This document shows positions 9,697 to 19,418 of a stretch of 64,000 nt of DNA, in pieces. The stretch's first letter is position 1. Every line of letters starts with the position of its first letter. The notes beneath the pieces are model-generated. The model was not told where the DNA came from. It made no database searches and saw nothing but the letters and a program-made list of their open reading frames with translations. The position numbers and the translations under genes are program-made. Location of the stretch: NCBI GenBank assembly GCA_963675595.2, contig CAXXLZ010000002.1:3552001-3616000 (forward strand), in the 5' to 3' direction. The stretch comes from Thermodesulfobacteriota bacterium. GTDB taxonomy: Bacteria; Desulfobacterota; Desulfarculia; JACQYL01.

Positions 9697-10751
9697 ACTT
9701 TCCTCTCGAGGGATTGCTTGATCTCCTTGAAAAGTTCGTCCGGCGTGGGGATGGACCCCGGCGGCTTACCATAAAAATCCACGTCCGCCTCTCCCAGAAG
9801 GCTCAGGCGTACGTCTTCCACCATCTGACCGGTGTTGAGTTCGATGGTGAGGAACCGGCGGGTGTTTCTCGCCGCGTCCCGCAAAGCTTTGGCCGGAAAA
9901 GGGAACAGTGTGATGGGCCGGATGAGACCCACCCGGAGTCCGGCCTCCCGAGCCATCTCGATGGATGTTTTGACGATGCGGGCTACGGAGCCGAAGGCCA
10001 CGACGATCAACTCGGCGTGGTCGATGCCGGCGATCTCACACATCACATCATCTTTCATCCGCTCGTATTTGGCGAAGAGCCGCCAGTTATGGTCCGTGAG
10101 CTCTCCGTCGGAAAGGTAGAGGGACTTCAGTAAGCGGGCTTTTCGGTCCCGACATCCGGTCAACGCCCATTCCTTCTCCGACGTTTTGACGGTTCCCGGC
10201 GGGTTCAGCGCCACGGGTTCCTTGATCTGACCCAAGATGGCGTCCCCCAAAACAACCACGGGGTTACGATACTTATCCGCCAAGTCAAAAGCGTGGATCG
10301 TCAGGTCGTAATTTTCCTGCACGGAATGCGGGGCGAGGACCAGAGTACGGTAGTCGCCGTGGCCCCCTCCGCGAGTGGCCTGAAAATAATCCCCCTGGGA
10401 CGGAGCGATGCCGCCCAAGCCGGGACCGCTTCGGCTCATGTTGACGATGACGCCGGGGATTTCACTCCCCGCCATGTAGGAAATCCCTTCCTGTTTGAGG
10501 CTGATGCCGGGGCTCGACGAAGACGTCATCACGCGGACTCCGGTGGCGGCGGCCCCCATGAGCATGTTGATCGACGCGATTTCGCTTTCGGCTTGAAGGA
10601 ATACGCCGCCGACCTTGGGCAACTGGGCGGCCATGAACTCCGGAATCTGGTTCTGGGGAGTGATGGGATAGCCGAAGTAGAACCTGCACCCCGCGTCGAG
10701 AGCTCCCATTCCGATGGCTTCATTGCCGTTCACGAGTTTTCTCTTAGACAA
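9693..10751 (-). CDS. vorB: 2-oxoacid:ferredoxin oxidoreductase alpha subunit, 2-oxoisovalerate (Vor) type
   Basis: GNEA, FGYPITPQ, QAESE, TSSSSPGISLKQEG, GPGLGGI.PSQGDY..ATRGGGHGD; probable TTG start at 10751. Confidence 0.85.
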   Translation of the reverse strand: MSKRKLVNGNEAIGMGALDAGCRFYFGYPITPQNQIPEFMAAQLPKVGGVFLQAESEIASINMLMGAAATGVRVMTSSSSPGISLKQEGISYMAGSEIPGVIVNMSRSGPGLGGIAPSQGDYFQATRGGGHGDYRTLVLAPHSVQENYDLTIHAFDLADKYRNPVVVLGDAILGQIKEPVALNPPGTVKTSEKEWALTGCRDRKARLLKSLYLSDGELTDHNWRLFAKYERMKDDVMCEIAGIDHAELIVVAFGSVARIVKTSIEMAREAGLRVGLIRPITLFPFPAKALRDAARNTRRFLTIELNTGQMVEDVRLSLLGEADVDFYGKPPGSIPTPDELFKEIKQSLERKV

Positions 10752-10762
10752 ACTGCTTCCCC

Positions 10763-10966
10763 CTATTTCCAAACTTCGATGACGACGTCAGGGCACATTT
10801 CAGCGCAAAGGGCGCAGCCGGTGCAGTCTTCAACCCGCACACATTCGGCAACGGGGTAGCCCTGACGGTTGAATCTCTGGGACAAGACCAAACAATTCTT
10901 GGGACAGGTCTCGACGCAGATGCCGCAGCCTTTGCACCTTTCTTCAAAAAACTCCACTTTTGCCAT
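10763..10966 (-). CDS. 2x[4Fe-4S] ferredoxin (oxidoreductase delta subunit)
   Basis: CKGCGICVETCP and CTGCALCAEMCP; start ATG 10966. Confidence 0.92.
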   Translation of the reverse strand: MAKVEFFEERCKGCGICVETCPKNCLVLSQRFNRQGYPVAECVRVEDCTGCALCAEMCPDVVIEVWK

Positions 10967-11054
10967 GATTTTCACTTTCTTCTTTGCCGGCCGGATCCTG
11001 GACGGAGGCATGAGCCATCGCCCGGAACCTATGGAAATGCGCCGGTTTCCAGCA

Positions 11055-11993
11055 TCAGGCGAACCGGGACGCCAGTTCTTCCACTCCGGCCGGGTCTTCA
11101 ACCTGGTATGCTTCGTAGTGCGTGTCACTCTTTACGGTGCGCTTGAGCAGGTTCGTGAGCACCTTCTTGGGTCCCACTTCCACGAATCGTTCGGCTCCCG
11201 AGCGGAGCATGGTTTCCACACACGAGGACCAAAGTACGGGCTCGGTGATCTGGCGGACCATCAAATCTCGGATAATTTCCGGGTCCGTTTCAAAGGAAGC
11301 GGTGACATTGAAAGGAACGGTCAGGCCGGGTGCGCGAAACTTAGTGGCGGCCACCCGCTCGGCGAAACGTTGCCCGGCTTCCTTCATCAAGGCGCAATGC
11401 CAAGCCCCGCTCACCTTCAGGGGCACGGTTTTCCACCCCTTTTCCTTGAAGGCGGAGGAGGCTTTTTCGACGAGTTCTTTCTCTCCTGAAATCACCACCT
11501 GCTCCGGCGAATTGAAATTGGCCACACTGATGACGCCCGAGGAACGAAAAGGTTCGATGCCTGTTCGAACTTCGTCCAGGCCCACTCCCAAAACGGCGGA
11601 CATACCGCCGGCGCAGTTGTGGGAGGCGGCATCCATGTATTCTCCGCGCAGGTTCACCAGGTTGAGGGTGTCTTCAAGGGAAAGCACTCCCGCCGTGTGC
11701 AAAGCGCAATACTCTCCCAGGCTGTGACCCGCGGCGAAGTCGGGTCGTACACTCCTTTCCAAGAGGCTTCTCAGCAGCGCCAGGTTCACCGCGGTCAATG
11801 CGGGCTGAAGGTTCACCGTCAGGGTCAACTCTTCCAGTGGGCCTTCGAAACAAAGCCGTTTGATGGGCTTCTGCGTGATCTGTTCCGCCAGGTCGAACAC
11901 TTCCTTGGCCGAGGCGTTTGCATCGTAGAGAGTCTTGCCCATTCCCACGAACTGTGAGCCCTGACCGGGAAAAACAAAGGCGACTTTTCCCAT
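11055..11993 (-). CDS. fabD: Malonyl-CoA:ACP transacylase FabD
   Basis: FPGQGSQ, QPAL, GHSLGEY, ANFNSPEQVVISG, VSGAWH, EVGP; start ATG 11993 behind an AGGAGG SD. Confidence 0.95.
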   Translation of the reverse strand: MGKVAFVFPGQGSQFVGMGKTLYDANASAKEVFDLAEQITQKPIKRLCFEGPLEELTLTVNLQPALTAVNLALLRSLLERSVRPDFAAGHSLGEYCALHTAGVLSLEDTLNLVNLRGEYMDAASHNCAGGMSAVLGVGLDEVRTGIEPFRSSGVISVANFNSPEQVVISGEKELVEKASSAFKEKGWKTVPLKVSGAWHCALMKEAGQRFAERVAATKFRAPGLTVPFNVTASFETDPEIIRDLMVRQITEPVLWSSCVETMLRSGAERFVEVGPKKVLTNLLKRTVKSDTHYEAYQVEDPAGVEELASRFA

Positions 11994-12113
11994 GTGCGCC
12001 TCCTTTTCACTATTCGGAGGGTAGTATATAGTCAGTAGATTCCCATGATTGCAAGTAGAAACTGGCCGGGCCATTCCCTGCAGAAAGCGGTGAGCGGCGG
12101 GGCGGCTTTTTTA

Positions 12114-12142
12114 TTGCCGCGTGGCGGACAAGTCACTATGAT
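12114..12142 (+). promoter_or_regulatory. Sigma70-like promoter upstream of the zinc-ribbon ORF and rfbB
   Basis: TTGCCG-N17-TATGAT. Confidence 0.5.
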
Positions 12143-12201
12143 GCCTCACACGGTTCGGGCAATGCTCGTTTACCGGTTTCCATCACGGGGAGGTTTTAGG
12201 C

Positions 12202-12378
12202 ATGAAGGAAGAGACCCAAGAGAAAGACGAACGGGAAGTCGATGCGTTATGCCCCGAATGTGGGCACGGCTTCAAAGCGTTCGTTGATCGGCTTCTGCCC
12301 CGCGCCGGAGATGCGCCGGAAGAAGTCGCCGTACATTGTCCGGTCTGCGGATGCAACGACTGCAAGATCGGCAAATGA
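12202..12378 (+). CDS. Small (58 aa) zinc-ribbon protein, not in the ORF track
   Basis: MKEETQEKDEREVDALCPECGHGFKAFVDRLLPRAGDAPEEVAVHCPVCGCNDCKIGK; two CPxCG knuckles; GGGAGG SD upstream. Confidence 0.75.
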   Translation: MKEETQEKDEREVDALCPECGHGFKAFVDRLLPRAGDAPEEVAVHCPVCGCNDCKIGK

Positions 12379-12544
12379 CGAACGGATCGGCTGGGGGACG
12401 ACGTCTCGTTACGTGGGAGAAAACACGGCGATGACCGCAAGGCCCGCAGGCTTCCCAGCAGACTTATGATTGCAGAAGGTACCGGCGAGGCGGGATCATG
12501 GATGTGGATAGGTCGATTATTTCGATGAAGTGGGAGCTTCGTTG

Positions 12545-13621
12545 ATGGAAAAGAAGAATATTCTGGTCACGGGCGGCTCGGGATTTATCGGCACCAATTT
12601 CATCCGTTTCGTACTCGAGGCGAGGCCGGGCTGGCGCGTGGTCAATTTGGATGCACTGACTTATGCGGGAAACGCGGCGAATTTGGACGATCTTCCACCG
12701 GGTTTGGCGGAGAGGCTCTCTTTCGTGCACGGGGATATACGTGACGGGGCTTTGTTGGAGCGTCTGTTTTCCCAAGAGGAATTCGACGGGGTCATTCACT
12801 TGGCTGCGGAAAGCCATGTGGACCGTTCCATATTGGGCCCGGAGGCGTTTCTCGAAACCAACGTGCTGGGAACCTTCCGTCTGCTGGATGCGAGCAAGGT
12901 CCACTGGGAATCCAAAGGTCGCCCCGACGGCTTCAAATTCCTCCACATCTCCACGGACGAAGTATACGGCAGTCTTGGGCCGGAAGGGCTGTTCACCGAG
13001 CATTCCCGCTACGATCCATCGAGCCCTTATTCCGCCTCCAAGGCGTCATCGGATCATTTCGTCCGGGCGTTCTTCAGGACCTACGGTCTTCCGGTCAATA
13101 TCACCAACTGCTCCAACAACTTCGGACCCTATCAGTTTCCGGAGAAACTGATTCCTCTGTTCCTGCTGAACATACTGGACGAGAAACCCCTTCCTGTTTA
13201 CGGCGACGGAAAGAACGTCCGTGACTGGCTGTATGTCTCGGACCATTGCGAAGCCCTGCTGACGGTGTTCGAGAACGGCGGGGCCGGCGAGACGTACAAC
13301 GTGGGCGGGAACGCGGAAACTACGAATCTCGCTTTGGTGGAGACTCTTTGCAGAGCCATGGATCGGAAGCTGGAGCTTCCCGAAGATCGATCAAGCGAAC
13401 GCCTGATCCGGTTCGTGAAGGATCGACCGGGCCACGATCGGCGCTACGCCATCGACGCCTCCAAGATTCGAAACGAGTTGGGATGGATTCCCAAACATGA
13501 TTTCGGGTCGGCCCTCGAAGAAACCGTGGACTGGTACCTCGGACACATGGAATGGGTCCGTTCCATCCAAACCGGTGAATACCGCAAATGGATCGAACTG
13601 AACTACGATGATCGAGCCTGA
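12545..13621 (+). CDS. rfbB: dTDP-glucose 4,6-dehydratase
   Basis: TGGSGFIG, LTYAGN, AAESHVDRS, STDEVYG, YSASK, DRPGHDRRYAID. Confidence 0.95.
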   Translation: MEKKNILVTGGSGFIGTNFIRFVLEARPGWRVVNLDALTYAGNAANLDDLPPGLAERLSFVHGDIRDGALLERLFSQEEFDGVIHLAAESHVDRSILGPEAFLETNVLGTFRLLDASKVHWESKGRPDGFKFLHISTDEVYGSLGPEGLFTEHSRYDPSSPYSASKASSDHFVRAFFRTYGLPVNITNCSNNFGPYQFPEKLIPLFLLNILDEKPLPVYGDGKNVRDWLYVSDHCEALLTVFENGGAGETYNVGGNAETTNLALVETLCRAMDRKLELPEDRSSERLIRFVKDRPGHDRRYAIDASKIRNELGWIPKHDFGSALEETVDWYLGHMEWVRSIQTGEYRKWIELNYDDRA

Positions 13622-13672
13622 CCGGACGAGTGGTGAAGTACAACGCCGCAGACCGGGTTCTTCGCCGGCCTG

Positions 13673-14716
13673 CTAAACGTTGAATCGAAAATGGATGATG
13701 TCCCCGTCTTTTACGGGGTAGGTCTTGCCCTCGAGACGCACCGTGCCTTGTTTCTTGGCCGCCGCGTAGTTTCCCGCCTCCATGAGGTCTTCATAAGCCA
13801 CCACTTCGGCCCGGATGAAGCCTTTCTTGATGTCCGAGTGGATTTCCCCTGCGGCCTCCAAAGCGGGGGAGCTTTCCCCGGTGGTCCAGGCCTTGACCTC
13901 GTCTTCTCCCACCGTGAGAAAGGTGATCAGCCTGAGCAGGGCAAAGGATCGCTCAATGACGCGATTGACCGCGGATTCCTGAATTCCGAAATCCTCCTGA
14001 AAGCTTCGCGCTTCCTCCTCGGAAAGCTGGGCCATCTCCATTTCCAGCCGACCCCGCACCACCATGGCCTCGGTTCCGGCCAAGTCCCCTTCCGGCAGGT
14101 CCGGATCCTCGTCGTCGTTGTTGAAGACCACCAACAGAGGTTTTGCCGAAAGAAAGGTGAATCCGCGGAGTTCGGGAGCCTGGGAGACTTCGGGGTGAGC
14201 CCTTAAAGGCACGCCTTCGTTGAGCAGTGTCAGGCATTGTTCAAGGAGTTGCTGTTCCGTGGCGGAGACGTCCTTTCCTCTTTTCCGATCCACGGCCAGG
14301 CGTTCCAGGCGCTTCTCCACGGTAGCCAGATCGGAAATGAGAAACTCGTCCTCCAATTCCGATACGTCCTGCAAGGGATGGGGGTCTCCCAGGACGGGAT
14401 GCGGAAAATTCCGCGCCGTCATGAGGAAGGCATCCATGGGGCGCATGTGGTTCAGAAGCAGCGCCATATACTCCTGTTTATTGTCCGTGCTCCCGGGGTT
14501 GCCCTGCAAATCGAGATAGGTCACCTGGGCGAAGGTGGTCTTCTTGGGATTGTACATCGCCGAGAGGCGAACCACTCTATCGTCCGGCACGGGAACCGCG
14601 CCCAGGACGGGGACCGGCTGGCCGCCCGCGGGGACCGATTCTCCCTCTCTCCGGGTCAAGGCGTTGAAAATGGTGGTCTTGCCGGCTTGAGACAGACCGA
14701 CGATGCCGAGTTTCAT
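13673..14716 (-). CDS. ychF: YchF-like ATPase (divergent, with DUF933/TGS C-terminus)
   Basis: GIVGL..AGKTTIFNALT, VPDDR, LITFLTVGEDEVKAW, AAGEIHSDIKKGFIRAEV, VKDGDIIHFRFNV. Confidence 0.82.
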   Translation of the reverse strand: MKLGIVGLSQAGKTTIFNALTRREGESVPAGGQPVPVLGAVPVPDDRVVRLSAMYNPKKTTFAQVTYLDLQGNPGSTDNKQEYMALLLNHMRPMDAFLMTARNFPHPVLGDPHPLQDVSELEDEFLISDLATVEKRLERLAVDRKRGKDVSATEQQLLEQCLTLLNEGVPLRAHPEVSQAPELRGFTFLSAKPLLVVFNNDDEDPDLPEGDLAGTEAMVVRGRLEMEMAQLSEEEARSFQEDFGIQESAVNRVIERSFALLRLITFLTVGEDEVKAWTTGESSPALEAAGEIHSDIKKGFIRAEVVAYEDLMEAGNYAAAKKQGTVRLEGKTYPVKDGDIIHFRFNV

Positions 14717-14973
14717 GATGCTCTCCAGCGATCAATGATTGGTTGGATGGATTCGTCCTGCCGGAACCTTGCTCTTCCCATCGGCATGCGTCGGACGAGG
14801 AGAATGGGGAGGGCGCTCCGTTCGATGTCCCTTAGGTTCGGCGTGCTTCTCCGTTATCGCTCGGGCGGGCGACCCTTGCGAATGTGCGCCCGGAGAGTTT
14901 CGACGCCGGAGCTTTGAGGCGTGTTCCGCCGACAAGCCGGTCCAGCGAAAGCCGTACCCGGTCATCGTCGGGT

Positions 14974-15585
14974 CTACAAGTCGTTTTCAGTTTCAGCCAG
15001 GGAGGCTTTGGGGATGGTGACGCTGAATATCCCCCGCAGATCCCCCGGTCTGTAACCTACGGCCTCGTCGGCGGGATAGTACGTCTCCAAAGTCCCGGCG
15101 ACACTTCGCGCGATTCGGTCGACGTCTCCGTGGCACAACACACAGAGGCTGCCTACACGGATCGGTGAAAAATATCGCCAAACCAATCCGGCGTCCACGA
15201 TCCGGGGCTCCAATGCCAAACCCTGTGAGTCGGACTGGGCGTATTCCCGAAGAATGTCCTTTTCCAAACCGTCCGGGCGATTTCTGGCGTTCCTGATTCG
15301 CAGGCTGGTGCGCTTGATCTGCAGTCCTGAAACCCCGAGTTCGTCGGCGACTTGAGAGGTAATGTCAAGAGCCTTGCGAGAGCAGATTTCAACGGCGCCC
15401 GCGGGTCCACCGGCTTTCATGGCCGTATGGAGTTCCGCCTTCAGGGACGCCGTCACGGTTTGCGCCGCCAGAGCTCCGATTTCCCAGACTCGTTTCGGAG
15501 GGTCCTCGGCCCGGAGGTTGGAAGCATGGGCAAGGCAAACGACCAGCGCCAAAAGCAACGCTTTGATCATAGAAGCGGCCATCAA
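14974..15585 (-). CDS. Exported DUF3365/Tll0287-like c-type heme protein
   Basis: Signal peptide; RTSLRIRNARNRPD, CVLCH heme motif, YPADEAVGY..GDLRG. Confidence 0.8.
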   Translation of the reverse strand: MMAASMIKALLLALVVCLAHASNLRAEDPPKRVWEIGALAAQTVTASLKAELHTAMKAGGPAGAVEICSRKALDITSQVADELGVSGLQIKRTSLRIRNARNRPDGLEKDILREYAQSDSQGLALEPRIVDAGLVWRYFSPIRVGSLCVLCHGDVDRIARSVAGTLETYYPADEAVGYRPGDLRGIFSVTIPKASLAETENDL

Positions 15586-15609
15586 AGAGCCCCCAAACAG
15601 CGTAAAGGG

Positions 15610-16702
15610 TCAATAACTCAGAAGATAGGCCTGGATGAAGTCGTCCAGATCGCCGTCCAACACCGCGTCGACGTTTCCTTTTTCCGTGTCGGTGCGATGG
15701 TCCTTCACCAGCCGATATGGCTGCAGTACGTAGGACCGGATCTGGCTGCCCCAGCTGATTTCTTTCTTGTCTTTATGAATCTTCTCCATTTCCTCGGCCT
15801 TTTTCTTCTCTTCCATTTCGTAGAGTCTGGCCTTGAGGACCTTCATGGCGGATTCCTTGTTCCTGTGCTGGGACTTCTCATTCTGGCACGTAACCACAAT
15901 GCCCGTAGGGTAATGGGTGATCCTGATGGCGGAGGAGGTCTTGTTCACGTGTTGACCGCCGTGGCCGCTCGCTCGGAACGTGTCGATGCGGATGTCCTCG
16001 TCCCGAACTTCTATAACGATCTCGTCGTCGATTTCAGGGTACACGGAAACCGATGCAAAGGACGTATGGCGCCGTCCGCCGGCATCAAAGGGAGATATCC
16101 TGACCAGACGATGAATTCCCGCCTCGGCTTTGAGGAAGCCGTAGGCGTTCAATCCTTTGACGATAAACGTGGTGCTTTTCAAGCCGGCTTCGTCGCCGTC
16201 GAGCATGTCCAGGATTTCCGTGGCGTATCCGCGTCTTTCCGCCCAGCGGAGATACATACGAAGGATCATGGAGGCCCAGTCCTGGGCTTCCGTACCCCCG
16301 GCTCCGGCGTTGATCGAAACGATGGCGTTGCGGAAGTCGTCTTGCCCCCGCAGCATGCGCTGCATCTCAAGCTCTTCCAGCTTCCCGTCGAGCTTCTTGG
16401 CTTGGCCGGCGACTTCGGAAAGGGCGTTGAGATCGTTTTCTTCCTCGGCGAGTTCGAACAGGACCTTGGCATCGTCGAACAGTCGGGCGGCTTCGTCGTA
16501 TCCTTCAACGCAGGGCAGCAATTGAGCGCGGATTTTCAGTATCTTTTTGGCTCGATCCTGATTGCCCCAGAACCGCTCTCTGGCCATGATCGAGTCGATG
16601 CGTTTGAGCTTCTTCTTCAGGTCATCGACTTCAAAGACGACCTCGTAAGGAATCAAGACGTTCTTCGATGTTGGTCAATTCGGCTTTCGTTTCAAGAAAC
16701 AT
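15610..16702 (-). CDS. prfB: Peptide chain release factor 2 (programmed +1 frameshift)
   Basis: ORF1 MFLETKAELTNIEERLDSLRGRL ends CTT TGA at 16636-16631; the +1 frame continues EVDDLKK... with SPF and GGQ motifs. Confidence 0.95.
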
Positions 16703-16970
16703 GGCTTTCCCCTCCTTGAATGATTCTCATGTGCCCCGACGGGCGAAACCGCCGGCGAAGGTCGATGGATCACGATCGGGACTTCAACCCGATGATCGGC
16801 GGTGCCTCGAACTTTCGCGGGACCGCGATTCCACGAAATGGAACGGAGTCCCGAAGACCGCAACGCGCGTCCTGCAATACGAAACGCAGCGGCCGGAGAC
16901 GGTTCCGGCCGAAGTGCGGTCAGGGTTCAAACTGTAAGGCGGAAGATTCATCTCACCCCTCCGACGGGAG

Positions 16971-18512
16971 TCAGGTCGTATCGGCTCTTCCTTTCCGGAT
17001 CGCCTCACGGACGATCAAAATTACTATAACAAAAATGCAGGAAAAAGCAAAAACATCACCGAATCGGGAATAGAAGGTGCGGGATTCCAGAAGGGGCACG
17101 GACGCGCACATGTGCGCGGGAACGAAAATGGGACCCGCTTGAAGCACGCGACCGGAAGCGTGAATGACTCCGGATATCCCCGTGTTGGCCGCCCGAACGG
17201 AAAAACGGCGGTTTTCGATGGACCGAAAGGTGAGCATGGAGAAGTGTTGATAGGGTGCGCTGGAACGCTCGAACCAGGCGTCGTTGGTCATGTTCGCCAG
17301 GAGGTTTGCCCCTTTTTGAGTGGCCGTTCTGGCCAGATAAGGGAAAATGGACTCGAAACAGATCAATGGGCCGACGCGCACGTTGTCGTACTGGAGGACG
17401 CCCCCTTTCTCACCGGAAGCGAAGTCCCCCACTTCCGCAACGATCTTTCCCAGGAAAGAAAACCATTCCTTAAAAGGCACGTATTCGCCGTAAGGCACCA
17501 GGTGGCTCTTGTCGTAGTATCCGAGAATCCGGGATTCCGGACTCATAAGATAAGCTCGATTATATAATCGGATGTGCCCCTCGAGGTCTACGGCCATGGC
17601 CGGACTGCCGAAGAGGAGGTAAACGCCGGTGCTCGCGGCTATCCTGTTGAGACGAAGGCTCAGGCCCTTGTCACGTCCATAATAGAAGGGCGCCGCGGTT
17701 TCCGGCCAAACCACGAGTTCCGCTCCGAGCTCCGCCGTCTCACGGGTAAGCTTTTCATAGATATCCAGTGTCGAATTCTGGAATTCGCGGGCCCACTTCC
17801 GGTCCTGCTCGATGTTGCCCTGTGCGATGCCCACCGAAACACGGGGGGCGGAGAGAGAGGACTTCTCGATCGAGGCGAGTCTGAAGTGGCCGTAAATTGA
17901 AAAAGCGAGAAGCACCAGGCAGGCCGTGATGATTTCTTTGGCGAAGAAACGTTGCCTCAAGGACTCTTTTGAAAAGATAAGATGGTATACGGCGAGATTC
18001 ACCGAGACAATCATGAAAGACACCCCGTAGACACCGAAAATGTCGGCAACCTGGATCAGGGTGAGGCGTGTATAGAGCGAATAACCCAGCAGCTCCCAGG
18101 GGAATCCGGTAAGGAAGTGGGTGCGAAGCCATTCCAGGGACACCCAAGCGGAGGGCGCCGCCAAAACCAGTCCGATTCCGTGAGACGAGGCCCATCGCGA
18201 CGCGAGGCAGAACAAGGCGATGAAGAGGGCAAGGACGGACACCAAAAGCATGAGAATCACGATGCTGAGCAACCATCCCAGGCCGCCGAAATGGCTCACC
18301 ACATGGTAGATCCAATAGAGCAGCGAGGTGAAGTGCACCAGACCCGCCATCCATCCCACCAAAAAGGCCCTGCGGAGAGAAAGCCCTTCCAGAGACTTGA
18401 ACAGCGGGACCAAGGCGACAAAAACAAGAGGATACCATTCGACCTTTGGAAAGGAGAGGGTAAGAAGGACCCCGGACACGGCCGCCAAGAATAGGGAGTG
18501 CATGAGTATCAA
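16971..18512 (-). CDS. lnt: Apolipoprotein N-acyltransferase
   Basis: TGFPW, QGNI, WPETA, YN, KSHLVPYGEY, ICFES, TNDAWF, RAANTGIS. Confidence 0.95.
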   Translation of the reverse strand: MILMHSLFLAAVSGVLLTLSFPKVEWYPLVFVALVPLFKSLEGLSLRRAFLVGWMAGLVHFTSLLYWIYHVVSHFGGLGWLLSIVILMLLVSVLALFIALFCLASRWASSHGIGLVLAAPSAWVSLEWLRTHFLTGFPWELLGYSLYTRLTLIQVADIFGVYGVSFMIVSVNLAVYHLIFSKESLRQRFFAKEIITACLVLLAFSIYGHFRLASIEKSSLSAPRVSVGIAQGNIEQDRKWAREFQNSTLDIYEKLTRETAELGAELVVWPETAAPFYYGRDKGLSLRLNRIAASTGVYLLFGSPAMAVDLEGHIRLYNRAYLMSPESRILGYYDKSHLVPYGEYVPFKEWFSFLGKIVAEVGDFASGEKGGVLQYDNVRVGPLICFESIFPYLARTATQKGANLLANMTNDAWFERSSAPYQHFSMLTFRSIENRRFSVRAANTGISGVIHASGRVLQAGPIFVPAHMCASVPLLESRTFYSRFGDVFAFSCIFVIVILIVREAIRKGRADTT

Positions 18513-19363
18513 GGGTTCGGGGAGCGCGGGGAGAGGGGGCGTTCGATACGTACCTCTTCGATACGACGCGGGTCCGCGGATTGGATGATGAAAGTCAGGT
18601 CCTCGTAGATAATCTCCTCATTGGAAGCGGGAACGCGCCCGAAAAGGTGGATCAGAAATCCCCCGACGGATTCGTATTCTCCCTCGGGAAATTTAACCCC
18701 CAAGGAGTCTTCCAGGTCTTCGATGTCCGTTCTGGCATCTACGAGATAAGTGTGTTCGTCGATGGAGGAAATCATCTGGATGCTGGGATCGTGTTCATCG
18801 TGGATTTCGCCGACAATTTCCTCGATGATATCCTCGATGGTCGCCAGCCCGTCGGTGCCCCCATACTCATCGCTGATCACGGCCATGTGAGAACGGGAGT
18901 CCATGAGTTCCTTGAGTAATTCGTTGATTTTCTTGCTTCCGGGAACAAAAAACGGCGGCCGCTGAACTTCGGAAACGATTTGTTCGTCCGCGTTCCTTCC
19001 CCAGCAGCTCAGAAGGTCCTTCACATGGAGTATGCCTTGGATATTATCGAGGTTTTCTCGATAAACGGGATAGCGGGAATGGCCGTACTGATTGGCCAGG
19101 TCGATGATATCCTGGATGGTGGCGTTTTCAGGTATGCCGATGATATCGGTCCGCGGAACCATGATCTCGCGGGCATCCGTTTCCGCAAGTTCAAGGACTC
19201 CATGGATCATATCTCCCTCTTGGAGGGAGATGAGGCCGCGTTCTTCCCCAGCGTCGATCAGTTCCTGTATTTCCTGCTCAATATCGGTGGATCGGTTGAA
19301 CCGTCGCCGACCCAGGTAACCAATCAAACGCTGAAATATCGAAGGGTGTCCGTCGTCGTCCAA
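18509..19363 (-). CDS. corC: CBS/CorC-HlyC domain protein (CorC/YbeX-like)
   Basis: REIMVPRTDI, HSRYPVY, GILHVKDLL, DEYGGTDGLATIEDIIEEIVGEI.DE; probable TTG start at 19363; upstream of lnt. Confidence 0.85.
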   Translation of the reverse strand: MDDDGHPSIFQRLIGYLGRRRFNRSTDIEQEIQELIDAGEERGLISLQEGDMIHGVLELAETDAREIMVPRTDIIGIPENATIQDIIDLANQYGHSRYPVYRENLDNIQGILHVKDLLSCWGRNADEQIVSEVQRPPFFVPGSKKINELLKELMDSRSHMAVISDEYGGTDGLATIEDIIEEIVGEIHDEHDPSIQMISSIDEHTYLVDARTDIEDLEDSLGVKFPEGEYESVGGFLIHLFGRVPASNEEIIYEDLTFIIQSADPRRIEEVRIERPLSPRSPNP

Positions 19364-19418
19364 CTGTGGGTCTCTCAGTATAAATTTGGGCCGATGATAG
19401 GAACAAACTATTGAGCTG

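Noticed and set aside
15352-16719. Long antisense ORFs, e.g. 455 aa opposite prfB; also 6113-7231, 41318-42604, 48203-49600 and 57850-59262
   Set aside because: They mirror well-supported genes on the other strand, have no recognisable motifs, and are expected shadows of GC-rich codon usage.
16720-16965. Several short hairpins in the lnt-prfB spacer (e.g. GGCCGGA-GACGGT-TCCGGCC)
   Set aside because: Short GC stems with no family resemblance, no U-tract and no second copy in the window.
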